Source: Candidatus Latescibacterota bacterium (GTDB lineage: Bacteria > Krumholzibacteriota > Krumholzibacteriia > WVZY01). From it: a stretch of DNA of 64,000 bases. The notes below the pieces were generated by a model, which made no database searches, was not told the origin of the DNA, and saw only the letters and a list, made by a program, of their open reading frames with translations. The translations under genes were made by a program, and so were the position numbers. The stretch covers positions 160,001-224,000 of the forward strand of contig CAWBQK010000006.1 in NCBI GenBank assembly GCA_963791045.1, in the 5' to 3' direction. Positions 1 to 8,745 of this stretch are shown here, piece after piece. Numbering within the stretch: the stretch's first letter is position 1; each line of letters starts with the position of its first letter.

Positions 1-1
1 G

Positions 2-964
2 GAGCGACGGGTCGTCGGGTTTGCCGGCTATGAACCGAAGACGATAGAACCAATACGACAGGGATGGACCAAGATTGGCTCCGCCGGCCGCGATGGGTCG
101 GAAGATCAATGTGAGTACGGCGAATGCGCCGGCCGCCGCCCAAACGGGTATCTTGACGGGCAATTTGTTGCGTAAAATCATCCACGCGGCGGCGACGAAC
201 ACGAGCACCGCCGGCCATGAAAAAAGAAATCGTTGCGCGCGAAGATGGGGAAGGGTAAGTCCGGCAAGAACGGCCGCCGTGAGGAGGGCGATGAGAATGC
301 GGCTCCGCGCCGAGATTCCGATTCCCGGGAATAGAGTCCACACCAGGCAAAAAACCGCCACATACAACCCCGCCTGTTCCCATACGGCGAAGAGCAGGAA
401 TGCCGAGAACCCCGACAGGAGCGTGCGAACGAGCGTGGGCCGGTCTACGGCGCCGAGTGTCATGAGCAGGTGAAACGAAATGATTACAAAAGCGAATGTG
501 TCGTGAAAATACTCGCTGCCATTCGTCGCGCCGATCAAAGGCGCTGAAAACGCGACCATAGACGCCGCCCATAGTCCCGCGGCCTGGCACGACCATAGTT
601 TTTTCGTCAGGGCGAAAAGAATAAAAACGGATAACGAGAAGATCAGGATGGTGAGAATATTTGCAAATCGTTTCTGGGATACGTCGGTAAAGGGCTTGAC
701 GAGGCGATAGGTGAAACCGGCGAAATACTCTATGCCGTTGGCCTTGTCCCGAAGAGGGGAGATTCCTTCAGGCCACGCGGCTCTCTTGTCGATCTCGGGA
801 AGGCTTCCACGTCCCGCAATGTGGACGGTCTGACGGAAGTTGGTCCCCGACTCTCCCTTGTAATACGGGTAAACGAAGTCCCCCATGCTTTCCATGCGAA
901 CCCACACCGCACCCACAAAAAGCACGATAAGAAGCAAATTTATTCCGCCACGTGACAGTGTCAT
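2..964 (-). CDS. Polytopic membrane GT-C-fold glycosyltransferase, STT3/DPY19-like (runs off window start)
   Basis: Absent from the ORF track because it has no stop in the window. Hand translation from ATG 964: MTLSRGGINLLLIVLFVGAVWVRMESMG..YKGESGTNFRQTVHIAGRGSLPEIDKRAAWPEGISPLRDKANGIEYFAGFTYR, then many hydrophobic helices. TM1 + luminal loop with acidic residue + D..xP.G layout resembles GT-C N-termini. Confidence 0.55.
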   Translation of the reverse strand, partial: MTLSRGGINLLLIVLFVGAVWVRMESMGDFVYPYYKGESGTNFRQTVHIAGRGSLPEIDKRAAWPEGISPLRDKANGIEYFAGFTYRLVKPFTDVSQKRFANILTILIFSLSVFILFALTKKLWSCQAAGLWAASMVAFSAPLIGATNGSEYFHDTFAFVIISFHLLMTLGAVDRPTLVRTLLSGFSAFLLFAVWEQAGLYVAVFCLVWTLFPGIGISARSRILIALLTAAVLAGLTLPHLRAQRFLFSWPAVLVFVAAAWMILRNKLPVKIPVWAAAGAFAVLTLIFRPIAAGGANLGPSLSYWFYRLRFIAGKPDDPSL

Positions 965-996
965 TAATCGGTTCTCATTCCGAAAAAGTCATAATT

Positions 997-1767
997 TCAA
1001 TAACCCGTGGGGGCGGAGATAAACTTGCACTCGAGCGACATCTTTGCCCGCAGATGCCTCGCAAGGGCTTTTACGCCAACCGTCTCGCTGGCATAATGCC
1101 CCGCGTACATCACGTTGATCCCTGCCTCGCGCGCCAGGTGATAGGCCGTGTGCGAGGTTTCTCCGGTAACGAACGCCTCGCAACCGAGTTCTTTTGCCTC
1201 CGCCGCGAAGTCCGCCGCTCCCCCGGAAACGATCCCGATCCGTTTGATTTTCGCCGGGCCAAAATCGAGACGTTGAACACGGCAGTTGAGTTGTTTCGCG
1301 ATCCGGCCGGCGAGCGCCGCGCGGGTCAACGCTCTGTCGGCCTCGGCGATAAAACCGATTTCAACCCCATGATAATCGGCGAACTTCCGCCCCAGTTCCA
1401 GCCCGAGTATCCGCGCGAGTTCGACGTTGTTTCCTACCTCGTCGTGGCAGTCGAGTGGCAGATGCGCGGCATAGAGCGAAATGTTGTTTTTCACCAGCAA
1501 GCCGATTCTCTCTCTCATCACACCGGTGATCCGCTCGTTGTTGCTCCAGAAAAGGCCGTGATGGACGATGAGCATGCCCGCCTCAATCCTTGCCGCGGCG
1601 CGGATCGTTTTCGAGCACGCGTCGACGGCGAACGCCACACGGGTCACGCGCGGCGCACCCTCGACCTGAAGCCCGTTGAGCGACTTGTCGGGGATCGCGG
1701 TCACCCGCAGATACTCGTTCAGGTATCCGACGAGATGTTTTAAAGAGACGGTCTTCATTTTCTTCAT
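997..1767 (-). CDS. Nif3-like dinuclear metal centre hexameric protein (YbgI family)
   Basis: NGLQVEG, VHHGLFW, LYAAHLPLDCH..GNN, GHYASE motifs; GAGG upstream of ATG 1767. Confidence 0.93.
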   Translation of the reverse strand: MKKMKTVSLKHLVGYLNEYLRVTAIPDKSLNGLQVEGAPRVTRVAFAVDACSKTIRAAARIEAGMLIVHHGLFWSNNERITGVMRERIGLLVKNNISLYAAHLPLDCHDEVGNNVELARILGLELGRKFADYHGVEIGFIAEADRALTRAALAGRIAKQLNCRVQRLDFGPAKIKRIGIVSGGAADFAAEAKELGCEAFVTGETSHTAYHLAREAGINVMYAGHYASETVGVKALARHLRAKMSLECKFISAPTGY

Positions 1768-1872
1768 GTTGAATCGTCCTCGATGGTCTTTTTTGTTTGG
1801 GGTAACGACCGAACCAGAATACAGTATCGCCCCGCCCGTATTCAAGAAGCACCCGCGCCTTCTCTCGAACAG

Positions 1873-1986
1873 GACGGTGCGATCTTTCTCCGGCCCTCGC
1901 TCCGCTTCGCTCGACTAACCGTCGGCTGCGCCGACGGTGGATTCTCGCTCGCTCCCGCGAAAGGGCCTCTCGAAAGACCGCACCGT
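1873..1986. repeat. MITE/REP-like intergenic repeat, copy 1
   Basis: Terminal inverted repeats ACGGTGCGATCTTTC / GAAAGACCGCACCGT, internal hairpin ACCGTCGGC-tgc-GCCGACGGT; similar to 45634-45784 in opposite orientation. Confidence 0.8.
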
Positions 1987-2097
1987 TTCGACGAGAAACC
2001 TGACGGCGACAGGACCTTGGCGAAGCAAAGTGCGGGTTGCTATGCTCAGAGGCTTCAACAACCCAGAACGCGAGCTGCCACCCGCGCCTCGTTACTC

Positions 2098-5000
2098 TCA
2101 CGAGAGCTTATCGTAATCCCGAAGCCGGGCGTACAGGGTGGGCTTCGAGATTCCCAGCAAATTGGCCGCCTTGCTCTTGCCGTTCACGTGCATCACCATT
2201 CTTTTCGCCAGCAGGGCTTCCAAGAATGGAAGCAGCGGGTTGGCCTCCGAGTAACCGCCCAGCTTAATTATGTCGTCGACAAGCTCGTCCAGGCGCCGCT
2301 GGGACTGCTTGCTCTTTCCCATCACCTCGCGCAGAAAATCCTCGGGCAGCGACTCGGGCGTAATGATATTGCTGTCGGTAAGGACGATGACCCGCTCGAG
2401 AACATTCTGGAGCTCGCGGACGTTGCCCCGCCATGGGGCGTTCTGGAACATCTGGATCGTTTCGGGAGAAAGGGTTTTGAGTGCGAATCCTTTTTCCGCG
2501 CAGCTGCGCTTGAGGTAGTCGAGCGCGATCGCGAGCATGTCCTCCTGCCGTTCGCGCAGTGGCGGGAGATCGATGAGGATCACTTTTAACCTGTAGTACA
2601 AGTCTTCGCGGAAACGGCCCTCGTGGCTCAGCGCTTCCAGGTTTTCGTTGCTCGCGGCAACGATCCGCACATCGGCGTTGAGATCCTGTGTGCCGCCAAG
2701 GCGGTTGAACGATTTGTTCTCGATAAACCGGAGAAGCTTGGCCTGGATTTCAGCGGGAATCACATTGATGTCATCGAGAAAAAGAGTGCCGCCCTGAGCG
2801 AGTTCGCACAGCCCCAGCTTGCGCTGTGTCGCCCCCGTGAACGCACCCCGCTCGTGGCCAAAGAGCTCGCTCTCGAGTAGGTTGTAGGGGATCTGCGCAC
2901 AGTGGATCTCCCGAAACGGCCGAGTGCCACGCGGACTGCGGTAGTGGATCGCGCGGGCGAGGGCCGACTTGCCGGTGCCGCTCTCTCCAAGGATCAAAAT
3001 TCCCGAGTCGGCATTTTTTATCCTGTCAAGCGTCCGGAATATTTTTTTCATCGACTCGCTCTTGCCAATCAAAGTCTCAAAACGGTGTTTTGAGTCGATG
3101 TCGCTTGGCAGCTTGTCGCCTTCCGTCATCACGAGTTCCTGTTTTAGAAATTCCTCGTTGAGGTGGAGCATCAACATCAAGCTTCCCGCGATTTGCCTCC
3201 CCAGCCACGTAAAGAAGTTTACGTCCTCTTTGGAGAGAGGGAGCCTGTCGTCGTCGAAACGAAGAAGCAGGCACCCGACGTCCTCGCCCATCGCCTTGAG
3301 CGGAATGCTGACAAGTGTATTCCCCGTGGTTGCCGCGAGGGAGGGAAGAAGTTCCTTCACATCGGGCGAAGTCGAGTCCAGGAGCGCGCCGAGCAGCATC
3401 GTTTTCTTGAAAAGGGACGCCAGGCCCTGGTCATTCAGGGGGCGGCGTATTCCCGTGCTGTCGAGCATGAGGAATCGATTGCCCTCGGCTTTCAGCGCAA
3501 GCGAGCACTCGTCGGGATTGGCGATCTCGCGGATCACATCCATTATCCTCCCAAAAAACTCGTGACTGTCCGCCGCGTAGTCGGTAAGCGCGCTCAGATC
3601 GTAGAACGCCATGAGGAGTTTTTGCGTGTCGGGGCCGTCGAGATGGGCGCGCGCCGGCTGCGCCCGCAGCTGCCGTTGCAGGTCGTTGTATTCCTCGGGG
3701 AGCTCGCGGCCGATATCGGCCCGCACAAAGTCCTGCGCCCTATCCAGAAAGTGTCTCGCTTCAAACGTATTCCCCGAGTCGAAGTGGATCAGCCCTATTT
3801 TTGAAAGCAGTTTCACGGCCGGGCGGTATTTCGAGAGCGACGTAAATTGGCCCGCCGCCTTTTCGTAGTGTGACAGTGCTTCGGTATTGCGGCCCTGTTC
3901 GTGTTCGAGGTCACCGATGATTTCTTCGATTTGCGCGTTCTCGAATTTCGAACCGATGCGCTCGACGAGATCGGACGCATTGTCGACATATTTTCGCGCG
4001 TCCGCAAACCGTTTTCTCTTGAGGGCGATCGAAGACAGACGACGGTACGCCCCCATCTCTTCGTTTATCGCTTCCATCTTGCGCGCGATTTCGAGCGATT
4101 CCTGATAATGTTTTTCGGCGGTGTCGAGGTCGCCTTCCTCCACGGCGATATCGCCGAGGGTGATGTAGTTGTCCGGGATGAGCTGCGCGTGGGCGGCATC
4201 GAGGGTTTCGCACACGGCGAGGCTTTCACGGCACTTGGCGGTCGCCTCTTTGAAATTCCTCATGTCGACGTAGAGAGAGGCGAGGTTGAGGTACCCGGCG
4301 GCAATTCCGGCCTGGTTTTTCTGGCGCCCCTTCAGCTTCAGGCTCCTGTTGTAATAATCGAGTGCCTTCTCATATTCGGCCTTTGCCTGGTACGCCAATG
4401 CGAGGTTGTTCAAACTGGCCGCGGTGGCGTTTTCGTCTCCAGCCCGCTCTCGAAGCTGTGCCCCCTGCTCGTAGTACGATATCGCCTCGTCATAACGGCT
4501 GCTATTGTAGTGGACGACTCCCATCAGGTTGAGCGCCTGCGCGACGATGAGCGGGTGCTGGTTGGGGTTGAGAGTATTGAGGCTCAAGCGGCACGATTCC
4601 ATTGATCCGTCGTATTCTCCCAGCCGGTACTGGAGCCAGCCGATGTCGTTCAGAAGCCGCGCCTGATCGGGAATCGACAGCGCCGACTGGAGTTCGAATT
4701 TCACGGTGTCGAGGAGATCGAGCGCTCGTTTGTATTCCCCCCGTGTCTCCCACCAGTCCGCAAGCAGTCGAAGGCTCGAGCTGAGAAGCGGCGCGCTCTT
4801 GAGTTTCAGGTCGCTTTCAGCATCGTCCATCAACGTTTCACATTCGATGAGAAGCGCCTCGGCTTCCGGCGATTTCCCGTTCGCCAGAAGATCCTGGCTC
4901 AGCTCAAAACACGCCAGAATCCGATCGGAGAACGGAAGCGTTTCGAGAATGTTTTCCCCCATGATGTCGGGGTAGAGCGACATAACGAACGGATCCCTCT

Positions 5001-6732
5001 TTTCGCTCTTTGTCTCTTTCAGATAACGGACGAGGTGCTTGCCCGCGAGGCCTTTTTCGCCCGCATTGAGACAGTGGAAAAGGAGAAAGAACGCTGGAAA
5101 GTCGCCGGAGCCGCCGGCTTCGTCCGCCACGAGAGCTACCGTCCTGTGGAGCTTTTTTTGACGGGTGGGTGGGATCGTGCCGTAAATGAGCCGTCTCAGC
5201 CCCGAGCTTTGTATTTGGAAGAAAAGCGTGTAGCTGCCGCGCGGAGACGTTTTGCGGTAGGTTTGCTCGAGCAATCCGAATGATGCGAGACGATGAACGG
5301 CCAGTGCGATCCCCTGATCGGTTTCGGGAAAGACGGAGAGAATTACGTCGAGCGGCAGAGCAAAACGCGCCACCGATACGAACTCGAGAAGCTGACGTTC
5401 GGCGGCGCCCAAAGATTCCAGGAAGGCGGCGAGTGGGGGCGCACTCCTTACTTTTTCAGGCCTGGATCCAAGGGGAGCAAGCTCGGCCGCGAGTCCGCCA
5501 ATCAAGTGATTGAGTTTTAAGTCTTCCGCCGGGTCGAGCCTGATTTGACGAAAATGTTTTCCCCGCGTGTTTTTGATTTTTGAGATGAGTTCGATGGTCT
5601 CTTTTGCCGCTTCCTGCATGCGTATCCCCATGACCACGGTTCCGCTGGGAAACGATTCGGTCTCGGTCATGAGCCTGGCGAACTCTGCCCTGGCGAACAT
5701 TTTCTCTTCTATATCGTCGATGAGCCAAAGGGGCGGGTTTGCCTGTTTTCCCCTCGAACCGGACCGGGCCAGCTGAATAATTTTGGAGCGGTGCTTCGAG
5801 AACAAATCCCATTCGTCGAGAACGTGAACGTCGTACCTGCCTTCCTCGGAGAGCCGCCTGGCGATCCGCGGTAGAATCCGAGTCTTGAACGAATGGGGGT
5901 CGCCTTCGAGCAGTAACGCGGAAACTCCCTCGATGTTATCCAGAACATTCCGGATTGCCTCATCGATATCGTGATGTTCGGCGCCGGTCGAAGGGGCCTG
6001 TTGTACGGCGAGTTTTGTTTTGAACAGCCGTTGGTATAGATCTCCCGTCGTTCCGATCTCCCCACGCAGGACGGCCTCGGCTGAATGAATCAGACTTTCG
6101 ATAAACGTCGTCCCGGTTCCGCGTTTCGTTGTCGAGGGTGGCGACGGCCAGGTGTCGACGACAAATTCAGCGATCACTCTCGCGTGGTAACCGTCGCGGA
6201 GGGCCTCCGGCGGGTGAACGAAACGCCACGCGCTATGGGTTGCGCCATGAGCTGTTGGATCTCGTGGATCCTCGTTGAGCGGAAGCGCGTATCCGGGGGG
6301 GAGGAGCATCCACTCTCCCTCTTCGTTCTTGCCGAGAGCTGCGGTCGACAGCCCTTCGACGAAAAATTGATGCGACTCGAATTCGGCTATCGAATTCAAA
6401 AGATGGTCGAAGAGCCCCCGGATGTCATTGTCGGCGAGTGCCCTGGGTTCGAGCAGTTCGAACCACTCCGTTAAGAGTTCGACGCGATCGGTATCGATGG
6501 TTGCCGCGACGACCGTCGCGCATCGGGAAGGTGCGATCCGTGCCGCCGCATCGCACCGAAAGGGCGCCACAGTTGGGGCGAATGGAGCCAACGAGCGTGC
6601 TTTCAGCGCGAACAGAAGAAATTTCTTCTCGCGAATTGGGTCAAAAAGAGTTGATATTCGCCACTGCCCGGCCTGGGAGTCCCGGCCGATCTTCTCAAGG
6701 TTTTTCTTCCTATTTGCGGGATAGAGTGTCAT
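2098..6732 (-). CDS. Giant sigma54-dependent enhancer-binding protein: degenerate kinase-like + degenerate STAND-like ATPase + TPR array + GAF-like + AAA+ + Fis HTH
   Basis: GESGTGKS, ESELFGHERGAFTGA, LFLDDI, RFREDLYYRL, WRGNVRELQN, KAANLLGISKPTLYARL; TPRs such as ARLLNDIGWLQYRLGEY and AASLNNLALAYQAKAEY. Confidence 0.9.
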   Translation of the reverse strand: MTLYPANRKKNLEKIGRDSQAGQWRISTLFDPIREKKFLLFALKARSLAPFAPTVAPFRCDAAARIAPSRCATVVAATIDTDRVELLTEWFELLEPRALADNDIRGLFDHLLNSIAEFESHQFFVEGLSTAALGKNEEGEWMLLPPGYALPLNEDPRDPTAHGATHSAWRFVHPPEALRDGYHARVIAEFVVDTWPSPPSTTKRGTGTTFIESLIHSAEAVLRGEIGTTGDLYQRLFKTKLAVQQAPSTGAEHHDIDEAIRNVLDNIEGVSALLLEGDPHSFKTRILPRIARRLSEEGRYDVHVLDEWDLFSKHRSKIIQLARSGSRGKQANPPLWLIDDIEEKMFARAEFARLMTETESFPSGTVVMGIRMQEAAKETIELISKIKNTRGKHFRQIRLDPAEDLKLNHLIGGLAAELAPLGSRPEKVRSAPPLAAFLESLGAAERQLLEFVSVARFALPLDVILSVFPETDQGIALAVHRLASFGLLEQTYRKTSPRGSYTLFFQIQSSGLRRLIYGTIPPTRQKKLHRTVALVADEAGGSGDFPAFFLLFHCLNAGEKGLAGKHLVRYLKETKSEKRDPFVMSLYPDIMGENILETLPFSDRILACFELSQDLLANGKSPEAEALLIECETLMDDAESDLKLKSAPLLSSSLRLLADWWETRGEYKRALDLLDTVKFELQSALSIPDQARLLNDIGWLQYRLGEYDGSMESCRLSLNTLNPNQHPLIVAQALNLMGVVHYNSSRYDEAISYYEQGAQLRERAGDENATAASLNNLALAYQAKAEYEKALDYYNRSLKLKGRQKNQAGIAAGYLNLASLYVDMRNFKEATAKCRESLAVCETLDAAHAQLIPDNYITLGDIAVEEGDLDTAEKHYQESLEIARKMEAINEEMGAYRRLSSIALKRKRFADARKYVDNASDLVERIGSKFENAQIEEIIGDLEHEQGRNTEALSHYEKAAGQFTSLSKYRPAVKLLSKIGLIHFDSGNTFEARHFLDRAQDFVRADIGRELPEEYNDLQRQLRAQPARAHLDGPDTQKLLMAFYDLSALTDYAADSHEFFGRIMDVIREIANPDECSLALKAEGNRFLMLDSTGIRRPLNDQGLASLFKKTMLLGALLDSTSPDVKELLPSLAATTGNTLVSIPLKAMGEDVGCLLLRFDDDRLPLSKEDVNFFTWLGRQIAGSLMLMLHLNEEFLKQELVMTEGDKLPSDIDSKHRFETLIGKSESMKKIFRTLDRIKNADSGILILGESGTGKSALARAIHYRSPRGTRPFREIHCAQIPYNLLESELFGHERGAFTGATQRKLGLCELAQGGTLFLDDINVIPAEIQAKLLRFIENKSFNRLGGTQDLNADVRIVAASNENLEALSHEGRFREDLYYRLKVILIDLPPLRERQEDMLAIALDYLKRSCAEKGFALKTLSPETIQMFQNAPWRGNVRELQNVLERVIVLTDSNIITPESLPEDFLREVMGKSKQSQRRLDELVDDIIKLGGYSEANPLLPFLEALLAKRMVMHVNGKSKAANLLGISKPTLYARLRDYDKLS

Positions 6733-6775
6733 TTGCCCTCACTCAATTTGGCCGTGTCATAGCGGTGTTAAAAAT

Positions 6776-6820
6776 GTTGACGCGTAAAAATATTTTACGT
6801 CAACCTGGGAGGTTTGACAA
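6776..6820 (-). promoter_or_regulatory. sigma70-type promoter of the bEBP gene with overlapping palindrome
   Basis: Minus strand TTGTCA (6820-6815), 17 bp, TAAAAT (6797-6792); imperfect palindrome GTTGACGCGTAAAAATATTTTACGTCAAC at 6776-6804. Confidence 0.6.
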
Positions 6821-6858
6821 GTGCGACCGGTGAGAATATGTGGGGGAAAGCGTCTAAC

Positions 6859-7203
6859 CTATGTAAAATAAAGGATTCTGCCGCAATTCTCACAAGTAAG
6901 GAAAGATTCCTTTGACTTGAGGGATGGGTAAGAAGTCGGCAGTGTGGAGAAACAGCCGAAACAAAGATTCCCGGTGACGGGAACGATGGCGCGTCCATAG
7001 GACTTCGAAAGGCGTTCGTAGCGGTTGAGGAGTTGCGGCCTTATTCGGGCGGCCAGATCGTCGCGAGCTGCCTGAAGTTCGGCCATTCCATCGAGTTTGA
7101 ACCCCATCTGTTTCATCTCGGATGAGGTATCGGTATCCTTCGCTTCCTTCATCATCAGATCGAGATCCTGGAGAGCGACAAGAAGTTTGACCTGTTCTTC
7201 CAT
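6859..7203 (-). CDS. Short C4-type zinc-ribbon protein (DUF164 / FlgZ-CdsZ-like)
   Basis: N-terminal LVALQDLD; YERL, CFGCF and CENCGRILY motifs. Confidence 0.8.
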   Translation of the reverse strand: MEEQVKLLVALQDLDLMMKEAKDTDTSSEMKQMGFKLDGMAELQAARDDLAARIRPQLLNRYERLSKSYGRAIVPVTGNLCFGCFSTLPTSYPSLKSKESFLTCENCGRILYFT

Positions 7204-7214
7204 AATTTGTCTTC

Positions 7215-7676
7215 CTACGCGGACCCCAGGGCTTCCTGGAGTTCAGCAAAGGTTTTGACCTCCATCAATAATTTTCGGAGCGCCGAGGACTTGATTAGTT
7301 CGACGAGCTGTCCAAGAACCTGGAGATACAGATTCTCCTTGTCTTGCGGCGGAGCGATGATTAGAAAAAATAAATGCGTTGGTTTCTTGTCCAACGCATC
7401 GAATTCGACACCTTCAACTGATCGGGCGAACAGGACCGAAAGTTCCTGGATGGCTAGCGACCGGCCGTGTGGGAAGGCCACACCCTTGCCAATTCCCGTG
7501 CTGCCCAGGCTTTCCCTGGTCATCAGCATCTCCAGAAGGAGGTCCTTGTCCTTGAATTGGAGCTTTTCGCCGAGGCACTCGACCATCTCGGTCATTGCGC
7601 CACGCTTGTCCGTAGCTTTTAGATCGAAGACGCACAGCGACTCTTGGAAAAACTCTGCAAGCTCTTGTGGTTTCAT
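7215..7676 (-). CDS. PTS EIIA-2 domain protein (PtsN / fructose-type IIA)
   Basis: RESLGSTGIGKGVAFPHGR phospho-His motif; GVEFDALDKKPTHLFFLI. Confidence 0.9.
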   Translation of the reverse strand: MKPQELAEFFQESLCVFDLKATDKRGAMTEMVECLGEKLQFKDKDLLLEMLMTRESLGSTGIGKGVAFPHGRSLAIQELSVLFARSVEGVEFDALDKKPTHLFFLIIAPPQDKENLYLQVLGQLVELIKSSALRKLLMEVKTFAELQEALGSA

Positions 7677-7788
7677 AATGACCTGCGCCGAATGTTAGTG
7701 GTTCACACCAAGTTAACAAAAAGCACGGGGTTTAACAACATTAAATATTCCACTTTCTGAGGAAATTGTTGGTATATTCGATCTTGTC

Positions 7789-8736
7789 ATGGAAAAAGGG
7801 AAAAACAAAGGGCTGGTCATTCGTGTTACCGGCAAGGAAGTGTGGGTGGATACGGATGGGGAGACTGTGCCGTGTCAACTCAGGGGTAAGTTGCGGCGTG
7901 AGGGGCAAGGATTTCAAGTCGTGGCGGGTGACCGGGTCAACGTAACCCTGCCGCAAAGTGGTGGCGGCGGCGCGATCGAATCGGTCGATCCGCGGAGCAC
8001 GTGGCTCTCGAGATATGCCGGCGCACGCTATTCGGGGTCGCGGGACGGAGCCGAACGGGTGATCGTCGCAAACATCGACACGTTGTTTCTGGTGGAATCC
8101 GTCAGGTCGCCCCAGCTTAGCAGGCGGTTCGTCGATCGGGTCCTGGTTTCGGCTGAAAGCGGTCACGTGAATGTCCGAATTTGTCTCAATAAGATCGATT
8201 TGTGCGAAGACGGACAAGATATTGAGGAATTCGTATCCGTCTACGAGCCCCTGGGGTACCCTGTAACCCCATCGAGCGCGGAGACCGGCGTCGGTCTTGG
8301 GTATATTGAATCCGTGCTCCAGGGCGGGATTTACGCGTTCGTGGGCCGGTCGGGTGTCGGGAAGAGCTCGTTGTTGAACCGGATCGATCCTGCGTTGAAT
8401 CTCCGCGTGGGGGAAGTCGTGCAAAAGACCGGACGCGGGCGACACACGACGAGTTATTCCCAACTATTCCCCATGCAGGGCGGGTTCGTGGCCGATACCC
8501 CTGGGATGCAGACGTTTGGGCACCCGGGCACGGACGCGTCGGTCCTTCCCCGTTGCTTCCCGGAATTTCGTCCGCTCATCGGGGGCTGCCGGTTTCGACC
8601 TTGCACACACTCGCACGAACCGGGCTGTGTCATCAAAGAGGCGGTTGAGGAAGGCACAATCGTGTCGACCCGCTACGAAAGCTATCTCGACATGCTCGCC
8701 GAAATCGGCCTCCGCGAGAAAGATCAATATTCCTAG
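7789..8736 (+). CDS. rsgA: Ribosome small subunit-dependent GTPase A
   Basis: Permuted G motifs NKID, GRSGVGKSS, GRGRHTT, DTPG; Zn finger CRFRPCTHSHEPGC. Confidence 0.96.
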   Translation: MEKGKNKGLVIRVTGKEVWVDTDGETVPCQLRGKLRREGQGFQVVAGDRVNVTLPQSGGGGAIESVDPRSTWLSRYAGARYSGSRDGAERVIVANIDTLFLVESVRSPQLSRRFVDRVLVSAESGHVNVRICLNKIDLCEDGQDIEEFVSVYEPLGYPVTPSSAETGVGLGYIESVLQGGIYAFVGRSGVGKSSLLNRIDPALNLRVGEVVQKTGRGRHTTSYSQLFPMQGGFVADTPGMQTFGHPGTDASVLPRCFPEFRPLIGGCRFRPCTHSHEPGCVIKEAVEEGTIVSTRYESYLDMLAEIGLREKDQYS

Positions 8737-8745
8737 CTGATACTC

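Noticed and set aside
6748-6764. Plus-strand GG-N10-GC motif TTGGCCGTGTCATAGCG
   Set aside because: Weak match, and it points into the 3' end of a minus-strand gene with no sense target.
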